NCBI RefSeq assembly: GCF_006345805.1
Contig: NC_043012.1
Coordinates: 55,800,001 to 55,864,000 of the forward strand
DNA length: 64,000 nt
From: Octopus sinensis
Taxonomy: Eukaryota
Reading direction: 5' to 3'
The translations under genes and the position numbers were made by a program. Shown one piece after another: positions 1-12,239 of this stretch. Below the pieces are notes generated by a model. It did no database searches and had not been told where the DNA came from. It saw nothing but the letters and a program-made list of their open reading frames with translations. Each line of letters begins with the position of its first letter. Position 1 is the stretch's first letter.

Positions 1-76
1 CACTGACAAAAATCCGTGCTTTGTTTTCGTTTCAGCACACGATCTCAGATCAATCACTTGCTATGCAAGTACATCT

Positions 77-112
<36 letters not shown>

Positions 113-258
113 TAATATACACACACACACACGCTGGCACATGCATATATGTTGAGGTATATGCATGTATGTACATGTATATATAATATCTATCTATACC
201 TGTCTGTCTGCCTGTCTGTCTGCTTGCCTGTCCGACCGTCCGTCTGTCTGTCTATAGA

Positions 259-410
259 TGTGTGGTAAGAAGGTTGCTTGCCAACTACATGGTGTAGGGT
301 TCATTTACACTGCGTGGCACCTTGGGTAAGTGTTTTCTACTGTAGCCTCGAGTTGACCAAAACTTTGTGAGTAGATTTGGTAGAGGGAAACTGAAAGAAA
401 CCCGTCGTAT
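259..410 (+). mobile_element. SINE family B, 5' half (tRNA-like head + CORE-like segment), ends at the internal microsatellite
   Basis: tgtgtggtaag...tgcgtggcaccttgggtaagtg...ggaaactgaaagaaacccgtcgta matches the 5' half of the full copies at 23581 and 45696. Confidence 0.85.
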
Positions 411-441
411 ATATACATGCATAATATATATATTATATATA

Positions 442-486
<45 letters not shown>

Positions 487-513
487 AAAGAGAGTTTCTC
501 TGTGTGTGTTTGT

Positions 514-575
<62 letters not shown>

Positions 576-854
576 TGGTGGTGTTGTTCTTATGCATTCC
601 AAAAGTGAGTTGCCGATTTTGACGTATGGGATGTCAAAAGATTCAGTAATCTCTCGGCTACCAAATAACTTTATTTTAATTTGCATATTTTCTACGTTAT
701 TTCGGCAACCAGATATAGTTATTTGAAAGACACTGCCCTGCAAAGACCAAGTTTCATTACAAAATGAAAATAGTTTCACACTTTCAATTTGAACCAAAAT
801 GACAAAGTGTTGCATTACGAGAGTGACGATGTGTGAAATAATCCCTTGTATCAT

Positions 855-1030
855 AGGCACAAGGCCTGAAATTTGAGGACGTGGGCTAGCCGATTACATC
901 GACCCCAGTACTCAAATGATACTTAATTTATCGACCCCGAAAGGATGAGAAGCAAAGTCGGCCTCGGCGGAATTTGAATTCAGAACGTAGCGACATCCAG
1001 CGTGCTAAAAATTCTGCCAGCTCGCCGCCT
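855..1030 (-). mobile_element. SINE family A (tRNA head + Deu/Nin-like core), internally deleted
   Basis: Reverse complement reads ggcggcgagctggcagaa...gttctgaattcaaattccgccgagg...catcctttcggggtcgataaa. Confidence 0.85.
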
Positions 1031-1378
1031 TGACGATGCGTGAATAACGAAAGTAATGTTTCCCCGAATTAGTCACATCTGTACCATAAAAAAGGAAGTT
1101 ATAATAAATAAACAATGCTTTTGACACAACACCTCTTTTTTACTTCTAAAATTACCTTGGAAACGAGATCGAGTTGCACAATTTTGAGGTCATTTTCGGG
1201 CAATATATCGATTTGTTTCTAATGTTTCACTTTCGTCCAATGTTTCACGCATGCGTAGAATTCTACTCAGACAAACATTTATGAAAATAAACACATAAAT
1301 ATTATATTAAAATAAACCACAACCAAAACAATTTCATACACAGACATCCATTTCTCTATATGCTATGAGGAAACACAG

Positions 1379-1431
<53 letters not shown>

Positions 1432-2039
1432 CTCTCTCTCTTTCTCACATGTACACACATACATACATGCAAAAAGATGCATGCATATGTATTTATGTAC
1501 GTGTATATGAAGGATAATGTGTGTGAGAGAGAGAGAGGAGTGTGCCACTTACACATACATGCAAAAAATATATATATGACAACACACACCTTCACTCACT
1601 CACTCACTCACTCACTCAATCTTTCTCTCTGTCTCACGCACACGCATCCACGCACATACACATTCATGTCCATTTAATATACACGTACATACATCTTTCA
1701 CTTTCTTCTCTCTTTCACTTTTTGCTCTCACTTCAAAGCAAATGTCGCCTTTTCACTTTCTCCTCTCTTTGCATTTCTACTCTCTTCAAAGCATCTTTAC
1801 GGAAATTAACGAACAATCATATGATCCCATATGATCAAACGTATGATCAAGTTGATAACTTTGCTGATTCAAACGAAAGGATGCCATGAAATAACTTCCT
1901 TTGAACCCCCCCCCCCACTCTAGGCAAAACTTCTGTGCTAGTTATGTTATTTCTTGCTGTGTGAACGCGCAAAATTACGGCTCAAATCCAATTGAAATGA
2001 CCCTTTTCTGTTTTGTAATTCGCGTTTGTGATGAGCGTA

Positions 2040-3011
2040 TTTAAAAACCTGATATTCGATATAAACTTAAAGAAGTTTTTCCTGAAATCCTGTCCTTTAC
2101 TTGTTTCTGGCATGTCCACGGTGACATTTGTGCCCGCTCTTATTTTTTACCTAAATACCTTCCGACTCCTGTTTTCGATACAGTAGATGCAACCACCAAA
2201 CTCGTTCTCAATATTTTAAGCTTCTCCCTCACCACCCCAATTTCTTCCTTTTTACTTTTTTCCAATTTTGTTTTTTCTTGGTAATCCACGGAGAAAAAAA
2301 AAAACAGAGTACGAATCTTTAAGAATTTTCTTCTTCCCTTTTTCTTAAAGAAACACTAAAATCTTCTTCCCATCCACCCACCACCTCACCACAATCAAAA
2401 AGCTACAAACTCTCGATGTTCCGCTTTTAGCTTTTTGGAAAGCGGGGACGTTTCTTCAGAAATAATGTCGTTTACCTGTTGTTTCTAGCATGTCGGGTTT
2501 TCTGGTGGCGGTCTGGAATTTTTTATGTGTGCTATTTTAGTACAATTCTATGCAGGTATGAAACATCAGACAAAAGTGAAACATTGGGAGATTTTAGCTT
2601 TTTGAAAGCGGGTAGGTGATGGGGTGGGCGAGGTGTGAGTTGTTTCTTTAAGAAAAATTAGACTTTAAAAAAAATCCGGAAAAAGTTACAAATTAAGAAA
2701 TTGGGGACGAGGTGGGGAGAGATTAAAATTTCGTAAACGTGATTTCTGGGCAAAATTGTATTTATTCCCTTTTATACGATGAAACAATACATAGTTTGTG
2801 ATTCTTCGTAAGAACAGGAAGCACTTTCATGCAACCCATGCAAATTGTACCCTCACCTTCACTTTTAAACAAACAATGACTTCCATTACGCTACAGCAAT
2901 CCAGTTCACTACATATCAGCTGTGCCGGTTCTGCTCACAAGAAAGGTACAAATAATAATACAATGTGGCCGTAGGTCATAACACCCGGGCAACGCTGGGA
3001 TGAATTGCTAG
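2040..3011 (+). mobile_element. Helitron-type non-autonomous element (3' end clear, 5' end uncertain)
   Basis: Subterminal hairpin cccgggcaacgctggg (2984-2999) then CTAG at 3008-3011 followed by T; same end motif as 30075 and 44504 copies. Confidence 0.6.
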
Positions 3012-3049
3012 TGTGTGTGCGTGTGTATGTGTGTATGTGTGTGTGTGTG

Positions 3050-3195
3050 TGTGTGTTTCTTTTTGTCTCCCATCACCGCTTGGCCACTGGTGATGGTGTG
3101 TTTACGTTTCTGTAACTCAGCGGTTCGGCAAACTGGATCAATAGAATAAAAATTAGGCTTAAAGAAATAAGTCCTGGGGTCGATTTGGTCGACTA
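3050..3195 (+). mobile_element. SINE family B, 3' half fragment
   Basis: ggtgtgtttacgtt...gcggttcggcaa...aataagtcctggggtcgatttg matches family B 3' half. Confidence 0.75.
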
Positions 3196-3390
3196 CAGTA
3201 CATTGCAGATTTTTCTGGCTAGTATATGTAATTTTATATCGCGGGTTTTTGCGGCCGATAGCTATTAATATTTTTTTAGATTTTAATTATTTCTGTGGGA
3301 GGTTTTGGAACAGAAGATCCGCGATAGTCGAGGGATTATTGTATATACATCTCTCTCTCTCTCTCTCTCTCTCTCTTGATATATATATAT

Positions 3391-3725
3391 AGGGTAAAGA
3401 CCCCCTTCGGTCATGAATGACCATGGGATTGCACCTAGAAAGTTACCCTCCTAGACACAAGTCCGGGCAAGGTTGTTTATGGAAGACCAGCAGTCGCCCA
3501 TGCATACCAGCCTCCCCTCTCCACGCCACCAGTGTTATCCAAGGGAAAGACAAAGGTCGATACAGCTTGGCACCTGTGACGTCGCAACTCATTTTTACAG
3601 TTGAGTGAACTGGAGCAACGTGAAATAAAGTGCCTTGCTCAGAACATAACGCAGCCCGGTCCGGGATTCGAGCTCACAACCTCACGATCGTAAGCTCGAC
3701 GCTCTAACCACTGAGCCATGCCCTT

Positions 3726-3728
<3 letters not shown>
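3391..3728 (-). mobile_element. SINE family D, full length, tRNA-derived head
   Basis: Minus strand gtgaagggcatggctcagtggttagagcgtcg...gagctcgaatcccgg (A and B boxes); near-identical copy at 7100-7410. Confidence 0.9.
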
Positions 3729-3799
<71 letters not shown>

Positions 3800-3967
3800 G
3801 TGAAAGAGAGATAGAGGGAGAAGTCGCCGCATTTAATTCCATAACGGCTACCTCTGATGAGTGCAGGGTTACACAATCGGACCGTTAACTAACACTCCGT
3901 TGAACCTTAATACGAAACCGACAGGTAAGATCGGCCCTAATGGATATATAATTCAGTGCACTTTGAT

Positions 3968-3973
3968 TATATA

Positions 3974-4045
<72 letters not shown>

Positions 4046-4046
4046 T

Positions 4047-4128
<82 letters not shown>
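3968..4128. repeat. (TA)n microsatellite
   Basis: Direct inspection. Confidence 0.95.
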
Positions 4129-4133
<5 letters not shown>

Positions 4134-4755
4134 CGTGCTTTTGTGTGTGGTGTGTGTGTGAACGTTCGAGTAAAAGGGAAAAATATGACCAGGAAGAGAA
4201 GAGGAAAAATATCATTAGACATAGTCGAAAACATTCTGCCAATTCTTCTCTGTTGATACGTAAAACCAGAAGAATTCTAATATCTTCAGAAGCAGTGGCA
4301 ACAACACTCACACCTTAGTTAGACGTCAATAAAATGTCACATATATGAAATTTCTTTCAGACAGTCGTAAATCGAATTAATCACACACTGGGTGTTTTCG
4401 TACATGTTTTGCAAAGGAGGTTAGGTTCATTCGAACTGTTTTATGAATATGGTGCTGGTTTTATGAACACATCCTGCAGTGCTTTGTCACAAGCTATTTT
4501 TAGGGTTATTACAATGCTTTAGAAATGTATAGATACCAAGTAATTTATTTTCATATCTTAGTCACAGAGGCGGGGCTCTGTGATTGGTGGAAATAGGAAA
4601 AGGAAGTTATAGTCAGACAGGAAATCTGATCCGAAAGCTCATAACAAATGAACCCTCGTAAAGGCACTTAAGGGTCAGGTAGTGGTGTTATATCAAATGA
4701 TATATTAAACTTACAGTAAAAAAGTATACTCTCTATGTATGATGTCCATTTTTAA

Positions 4756-4970
4756 GGCGGCGAGCTGGCAGAATGGTTAGCAAGCCGGGCAAAATGCTAA
4801 GCGACATTTCATCCGTCTTTACGTTCTCAGTTCAAATTCCGCTGAGGTCGATTTTTGCCTTCCATCCTTTTGAGGTCGATAAAATAAGTGACCGTTGAAT
4901 ACTGGGGTCGATGTAATCGACTTATCCTCTCCCCCGAACTTGATGGCGTTGCGCCAACATTTGAAATCAA
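4756..4970 (+). mobile_element. SINE family A (A2 tail)
   Basis: ggcggcgagctggcagaa head, B box agttcaaattcc, core gcctt(c)catccttttgaggtcgataaa. Confidence 0.9.
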
Positions 4971-5029
4971 TATGATATCTATTTTTAGTCCAGCCATCTC
5001 TTCTGCCACTGTTGTTATTGTTGTTGTTG

Positions 5030-5355
5030 ATGTTTGTTGAGCAAAACGGCCTTCGTCCCAGTGGGAGAAGTCCGAAACGTGGTCCTTTGCTATTCGTAAG
5101 ACCCGCAGAAGAGAAAGCAGGTCAGCTCCCGACACCGAGAGCATCAACGGATGGATGAAAACGCATCCAGGCTCAGCGGTTGCGTAGGAAGTCGGGGACA
5201 AGAAACAGGAAGAAAGAGTACAACAAGGGTCGCCCCCCCCCCTGTCGGACCCTCGTGGAGCTTTAGGTGTTTTCGCTCAATAAACACACACAACGCCCGG
5301 TTTGGGAATCGAAACCGCGAGTCCGCTGCCATAACCACTGGGCCATTGCGTCTCC
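5030..5355 (-). mobile_element. SINE family C, tail type alpha
   Basis: Head ggagacgcaatggcccagtggtt...ttcgattcccaaaccggg; tail shared with 34421-34768. Confidence 0.9.
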
Positions 5356-5767
5356 ACTGTTGTTGCTGATGTTGCTGCTGTTGTTATTGTTGTTGTTAAT
5401 ATCGATGTTGTTGCTGTTGATGTTGTTACTATTGTTGTATACCGTTTGCGCTGTTTTTGCTATTAGTATCGTTGGTGTTGCTGCGTGGAGCAATTATAAG
5501 TTTTGTTGGATCCTGGATTTCATCAGATAGAAAAAAATATATGTTGCTATTTTACTACACATGCAAATGACTTACAAAGTTTGGTGGAATGTATTTGCAA
5601 GAATCAAGAATTTTAACCATGGACACAAGGCAGGGCCTGTATACGAAACTATCATCTTTTGGCCATTGGTCTTCTTTAAAATCATCAAGTGAGATGTATC
5701 AGTGAAAGAATTTAGTTTCACAATTTGTTTTGTTTATAGTTGCTTTTTTTTTACCTTAAGCTTTATT

Positions 5768-6643
5768 CAGGGTGCGGTGAATAAACTGTTGTCCAAATTA
5801 CGCAAAAATGAAAATAACACCGACATCTCATTTTAACATTTATGTTCACCAAAATTGCATAACAAATATCAAGTAAATTATTCAATAAAATCGACAATGG
5901 CTTCAACCACGGCCTCCAGGCGACTTCAGAATGTCCTACAACTTTTCTGGATAGGCTCTTTGTTTAAGTTGGTGAATGCTGCCATAATCCTTGCCTTCCG
6001 TTCATCTTTGGTGTTACAAGGAGATTTGTTGATCCCCCACTCAACTGCGCCCCACACATAATAATCAAGGGGGGATGTAATCTGGGGTGTTAGGTGGTCA
6101 GATGTTAGGGATGATGTAGTCGCAGAAATTGTCTGACAGCCATGACTGGGTTCTCCTACATGTGTGACATGGTGCAGAGTCCTGTTGCCAGACATAGGGT
6201 CTTCCAACAGCCACCCTCTTCACTCAGGGAGCACTACCTCCTCCAGGCACTTGATGTAGGCCTCCGTGTTGAGTGTGAGGCCGGGTGGGGAGATGAATGG
6301 AGACATAACGTCTCCATCACTAGCGATCACTCCAAACACCGTGATGTTGACTGGATGTTTGATTTTTATCACTCTCGGTACATGTCCTCAGGTTGCACTA
6401 TCCTCAGATTGACACGCAAACACTCTGAAATGTTCGTATTAGAGCTTCCAGTGCGAATGCCAAGCAGTACAGCATGTCGTTTCCAAATTTCTGGCAGAGT
6501 GAATTGCATCATGGTGCTGTTTCTCTCACGGATGGTGTCCAAATGACCTTACGATACTGTGTAGTCGACAAAATCAGAAACAATCAATGTGCATGCGTGA
6601 AATGAAGAACATAAAATGGCGACAATTTACCCACCGCACCCTG
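5768..6643 (-). mobile_element. Tc1/mariner superfamily, DD37D (maT-like), internally deleted, transposase pseudogene
   Basis: TIRs cagggtgcggtgaataaactgt (5768) and gacaatttacccaccgcaccctg (to 6643); minus strand VWQQDSAPCHT...*PPNTPDYIPLDYYVWG with 37 residues between the last two Asp after repairing one frameshift. Confidence 0.85.
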
Positions 6644-7099
6644 TTTACGTATACATTTATGAATGCATAAGTACTGTCTTAAAAACAACAAAAATACAAC
6701 AAAAACGAAAACAACCAGAAACAACAACAACAACAATACTACCAACACCAGACTGCTAACAACAGCGTTAAGAAGAAGAACAACAACAACAGTATAAAAG
6801 CTTCATTATTGCAATACTAGATTGTAAAAGAACGCCACGTTTCTATCCGGAGTGAAATGTTCTGGCCACCAGCTTCTGAACAAGAAAAGGTTTTAAGTTT
6901 TAAATAGAGAAATATCAATGAGTCTTTGTTAAACGTATGGTTCTGTGTGATAGCTAACGTTCCTCTCCCTCCCTTCCATCCTTCTCTCTCTTTTTCTGTC
7001 TCTATCTACCTTTCTATCTTTATACACACACACACACACACACGTGTGTAGTGTGTGACTCTCTATGCATATGTATATGTATGTACACCCACACACAAA

Positions 7100-7410
7100 C
7101 ATGGGATTGCACCTAGAAAGTTACCCTCCTAGACACAAGTCCGGGGAAGGTTGTTTATGGAAGACTAGCAGTCACCCATGCATACCAGCCTCCCCTCTCC
7201 ACGCCACCAGTGTTATCCAAGGGAAAGACAAAGGTCGATACAGCTTGGCACCTGTGATGTTGCAACTCATTTCTACAGCTGAGTGAACTGGAGCAACGTG
7301 AAATAAAGTGCTTTGCTCGAGAACACAACACACAGCCCGGTCCGGGATTCGAGCTCACAACCTCACGATCGTAAGCTCGACGCTCTAACCACTGAGCCAT
7401 GCGCCTTCAC
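7100..7410 (-). mobile_element. SINE family D, 3'-truncated
   Basis: Near-identical to 3420-3728. Confidence 0.9.
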
Positions 7411-7427
7411 ACACAACATACGCACAC

Positions 7428-7488
<61 letters not shown>

Positions 7489-7951
7489 ACATATAGAGGC
7501 ACGCAATACACATGCATGTAGGAGGATTCCCATTACTGCTTTGGATATTGAGCTCAAGAATTTGATTTACTGCGGTATGGTGTCGGCATACCTGCAGCAT
7601 AGCGCATTAAATACGGTTGTATATGACTTTATCTCCATCAACACTGTTTTGTGCGACCCTAATTATTTATTTCAGCTAACCAAACTTCACGCACATCAAA
7701 AAATATGCAATTTACTGTTCTTGTGAATAAGGAATGTGTTTTATATAGGGCTATGAAAGACGAATTAGGTATTCGTAGCTGACGACGCCCAAGAGTGCAG
7801 ATACACATGCGTTCTACGATCTGAAGACGTCGTGCATAGCTCAATGTCCTTTTATATATTTCGTCAGTGAAGAGAATTTTCTCCTGGGATTTCTCCGCAG
7901 CGAAAGCTCTTCCCATGTCCGAGTTCATACGAACAACTTAAATAAGTTTTC

Positions 7952-8400
7952 GTACCTATTCTCACTTATGGTCATAAATGATTAGTAACGACCAAAAGAC
8001 TACAATCACATATACAAGCAGCCGAGGTTCGAGATTCGTCCGGAGGATCTCTGGATTAACGTTAATCGACAAGGTACGTAGCGCAGAGATCAGGGAGTAT
8101 CTCCAAGTTGAGCTGCTACTTCTCCGCATTAAAAGGTCACAGTTCCCGTACTACCGATTGTGATTAGAATGTTACAGAAAAGTGTCTCAACACATATTCT
8201 CGAAGACGAGCCAACTGGCATGAAACTTAGGGGTAGCTAAGAAGGAGCTGATTGGATAATATTCATAGCCTCGGTTTGGATACACTTAGGAATCTAGCTG
8301 AAAGTGTGGTGACGGTTGTTTCTGATAGAAACCCATGGAGGAGGCGCCTGAGGGCTCTGCCTCCTCAAATATCCTAGGAGTAGTGGGTACACGGATGATA
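7952..8400 (+). pseudogene. RTE-clade (Rex3/Expander-like) LINE ORF 3' fragment
   Basis: VPILTYGH...IQAAEVR.RRISGLTLIDKVRSAEIREYLQVELLLLRIKRSQ resembles the RTE C-terminal YGHE...AEM.FLRR...DRVRS..IRE motif; stops and frameshifts present. Confidence 0.8.
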
Positions 8401-8464
8401 GTGGGTAAATGGAAAATAGTAGTAGATGGACAGGGACGTCTATATAGTAATATATAAATTGCTA

Positions 8465-8792
8465 TACTCTTTACTCTTTTACTCGTTTCAGTCAGTTGAC
8501 TGCGGCCATGCTGGAACACCGCCTTTAGTCGAGCAAATCGACCCCAGGACATATTCTTTGTAAGCCTAGTGCTTATTCTATCGGTCTTTTTTGCCGAACC
8601 GCTAAGTTACGGGGACCGTNNNNNNNNNNNNNNNNNNNNNNNNNNNNNNNNNNNNNNNNNNNNNNNNNNNNNNNNNNNNNNNNNNNNNNNNNNNNNNNNN
8701 NNNNNNNNNNNNNNNNNNNGCCACGCAGTGGGACTGAACCCGGGGCATATGGTTGATAAGCAAGCCGCTTACCACACAACCACTCCTGCACC
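8465..8792 (-). mobile_element. SINE family B spanning the assembly gap
   Basis: 3' tail tactctttactcttttact and head accacacaaccactcctgcacc on either side of the N run. Confidence 0.8.
8620..8719. other. Scaffold gap (100 N)
   Basis: Run of exactly 100 N, conventional unknown-size gap. Confidence 0.99.
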
Positions 8793-8801
8793 TATATTAT
8801 A

Positions 8802-8841
<40 letters not shown>

Positions 8842-8849
8842 TATATACA

Positions 8850-9017
8850 CACGCAACAGGCTTTTTCTGTTTCTGTCGACCAAATCCACCCACAAGGCTT
8901 TTGGTCAGCCCCGAGGCTATAGTAGAAGACACTTGCCCAAGATGCTACGCAGTAGGACTGAAACCGGATCCAAGTGGTTGGAAAACAAACTACCTACCAC
9001 ACAGCCACACCTGCTCC
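8850..9017 (-). mobile_element. SINE family B, 5' half
   Basis: Matches family B head and CORE-like segment. Confidence 0.8.
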
Positions 9018-9079
9018 AATGTATATAATAATTAGTTGTGTTTGACTAACTCATTCGATAAAGACAACTTTGGCAGATT

Positions 9080-9290
9080 AATGGGAAAAGCTCTATGTAG
9101 TCGTTCAGCCTATAAGAAATAGCAGTCAAAATATCCCTCAAAATCACATGCCAAACATCTTAAGCAATTGGAAGTAGTTCCAGATATTCACTCCAAAACA
9201 GGATGTTCGTGGCTGGAATGCATTCGCATTTAATCATAGGTCTGCTTAGTCAAGGCTGACCTTGGGCCAAATAACACCAGCAACAACAAA
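9080..9290 (+). repeat. Unclassified dispersed repeat (family H), related copy at 19865-20085 on minus strand
   Basis: gctctatgtagtcgttcagcctataagaaatagcagtcaaaatatccctc resembles the reverse complement of gggaaatttggctgatatttcttgtaggtgaaatgaccacatagaggc. Confidence 0.55.
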
Positions 9291-9595
9291 AGGAACATTG
9301 AAATAATGATGTGCCAATAAAGGCTTATCGTAAAAAGTATTTTTTTTTATTGTAAGAGAAATACCAGAAAGATCTACAAGGCTTAGGTGGTGATGGTGAT
9401 GGTGATGGTGATGATAGAGTTGGGAAAGGTAGGAGGATGGTGATCATTTTCACCTATCGGCATCTTATACCAAGAAGAAAAAAAATAATAAAATAAAAAA
9501 GAAAGAAAGAAAGAAGAAAGTTTTCAGCAGTCGGAAGAAGCGTAGCAGCAGAAGTTTGTGAAGTAAAACGTTCGTTCCTTCACCGCAGGAATTAA

Positions 9596-9596
<1 letters not shown>

Positions 9597-9670
<74 letters not shown>

Positions 9671-9690
9671 AAATAAAATAAAATAAAATA
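9597..9690. repeat. (AAT)n / (AAAT)n microsatellite
   Basis: Direct inspection. Confidence 0.95.
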
Positions 9691-10797
9691 AGTAGGAAAT
9701 TCTTCAGCGAAGCAGATATATAAAACAGGAATTGCTAAAATAAACCAAACCCATCTGTATAACCAACGAAGAATTTTCAGCTGATTCATATGTATGGCGT
9801 CTTGCTTGCTTACATCGCTTGCTTGTCTTAAATACATCTCTGAGCAATTTCGTTGTTATTCGGTTTTTAGATGATTCAGTTCAGTTCGAGGGCCTACTTG
9901 ATGTGTCTAACAAACATGGCTTCTCTTTTGTTGTTGTTGTTGTTGCGTTCTTTTATTATTTTTTTGCCATTTTTTTTTTTTGTAACTTTCTGTCTTCCTT
10001 TTCGTTCGTTTACCTTTTGTATCTGAAAGCTTAGCTGTTAATTACAAAGAGAAAAGGTGAAAAGAAGAAGAAAGGAGAAAGGAAGAAGGCGAAGTTGAAA
10101 GAAAGAGAAAGCGGTACCTTTTGTGGGATTTGGATTCCGACATGACTGGAGGCTGAGTGGCACTGTGGTGTGATAGACTACTCTGTACAAAACTTCGGAG
10201 TATCACAAGACTAGACAAAAACAAAAAAGAAAAATGTTTTTGGAAGAAAGAACTTTAAATTCCACGGATTAGTCTCCATGTCGACCATTCTCCATATTTG
10301 GATGTCTTTAGCTTGTCCAACACAACTTCCCACTGATTTGGTTAATCATACAAGTGTGTTTAATTAATTATTTATGTTTAGCACGTACCTAATGGTTAAG
10401 TACACATACATACATACATGCATGCATACACATTCAAACTCACACGCACACACACACATACACTCACACACACACACACACACGCACACACACACGCACG
10501 CACGCACACAGACACACAGAACAACAACTACAGGAATAAATACTTTTCATTTATAAAACAAATATTTCTTTTGAGCAAAGCGATTAGCAAGATTGCCCAA
10601 TAAACAATATATATATATATGTAAATGAGAAAAGAACCACCATGTAGCAATTCAACAATGATGTAATTAAATCATACCATATAGAAAAAAATTAAATTAA
10701 ATTAAATTAAATATTCGATGAAACATTTACCTAGAACTAATTAAAGTACAAAATAATAAAAAATAGTATATATTAAGGAAATAGACTACATATGTAG

Positions 10798-10832
<35 letters not shown>

Positions 10833-10834
<2 letters not shown>

Positions 10835-11221
10835 TTTACTCTTTACTCTTTTACTTGTTTCAGTCATTTTGACTGTGGCCATGCTGGAGCACCGCCTTTA
10901 GTCGAGCAAATCGACCCCGGGACTTATTCTTTTTGTAAGCCCAGTACTTATTCTATCGGTCTCTTTTGCCGGACCGCTAAGTGACGGGGACGTAAACACA
11001 CCAGCATCGGTTGTCAAGCCACAGTGACAAACACAGACACACAAAGATATACATACACATACATTATATATATATACTATATACGACAGGCTTCTTTCAG
11101 TTTCCGTCTACCAATCCACTCACAAGGCTTTGGTGGCCCGAGGCTATAGCAGAAGACACTTGCCAAGATTGCCACGCAGTGGACTGAACCCGGAACCATG
11201 TGGTTGGTTAGCAAGCTACTA
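10833..11221 (-). mobile_element. SINE family B, near full length
   Basis: Tail, body, internal CA/TA tract and truncated head all match the family B consensus. Confidence 0.9.
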
Positions 11222-11696
11222 TGTATATATAGATAGTATGTATATATATATATACCAATATATATGTGTGGTCCTCCTTCGAATGTGTTATACATACACA
11301 TTATCTATCTATCTATCTATTCATATATATAGACATGAATTTAATTACGGGTTGTATTAACCTCACGAAGGGATGGTTTCATCCAAGGAAAAACTGGTTC
11401 GATACCTAGAATGAATTTCTTTAAAATAATAGCTATATGTAAAAACATATAGTTTATATTCATTTAAAAGAAGAAGAAAATGGTGATTGGGAATTTGATA
11501 ATTGCTTATTATTAACAGCAAATTGGTCATCTTCACTTAAAGCCGTCTCAGTTAATACTCAATAAACATTAAATTTACATTTATGCGACATGAGCATAAT
11601 ATCATCAGAGGAAAGAAAAAGGTGTACCTTTGTATGCTATTTGTGTGTTTGTGAATTCATTTTAGCAGACTCACAAAAATATGTGTGTGTGTGTGT

Positions 11697-11939
11697 TTTG
11701 ACTTCAGTAAGGCGTTCGACAGAGTTGACCGTCATATCCTGCTGTCAAAATTCTCAAATGTTGGAATCCGTGGAAAACTTCTACACTGGATTGAGTATTC
11801 CCTGGAGAACTGGACACATGTTGATATCGGTGGAATCCACTGAAGCCCAGCAAAATTTACCCCTGGTGTTCCTCAGGAGACTGTCTTAGGCCCGTTCCTC
11901 TTTATAATCTATATAAATGACCTTTCCGGCGTTAAAAAT
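11697..11939 (+). pseudogene. CR1/L2-type LINE reverse transcriptase fragment
   Basis: Single frame FDFSKAFDRVDRHILLSKFSNVGIRGKLLHWIEYSLENWTHVDIGGIH*SPAKFTPGVPQETVLGPFLFIIYINDLS; DFSKAFD and GVPQGSVLGP.LF.IYINDL motifs; one stop. Confidence 0.9.
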
Positions 11940-12239
11940 CTGATCACCAAGGAGATATACGTCTCCATATTAGCCTTTGAGAATAACACTGGCGATTTAC
12001 TTATAAAAGAGGTTCTGCTGATTCATCGCTTCAACCTGAAAATTAGCAGTCGATAGTTGTTGAGCCGGTGGCTCTTATTACAGCATCCAACAGATGGTGA
12101 ATGGCCAACAGTAGCCGAGATTTAACACCAACATTCGGACAGCCAGCAACACTTAAAGTGTGACTGCCACTACTACAATATAAACGCTAGGGAATTTGAA
12201 CGGATTAACAGAACCAGTATAACTGAACTTTTCTTAGGC

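Noticed and set aside
3660-3728. tRNA gene candidates (also 16014, 26106, 12925, 35230)
   Set aside because: tRNA-like heads continue into multi-copy SINE bodies and lack a proper acceptor stem.
4160-4310. Minus-strand CTGAAGA followed by pairing segments and ctcgaacgtt
   Set aside because: No GAAA at the base of a stem II and no matching stem I; not a supportable hammerhead.
9400-10300. Promoter/5' UTR-like tracts (also 15000-15130, 25200-25620, 53400-53520)
   Set aside because: Only compositional impression; no linked exon or diagnostic motif set.
12030-12070. caac-ctgaaaa-ttagcagtc-gata-gttg as a hammerhead
   Set aside because: Both core segments deviate (G8 and A14) and stem II does not pair.
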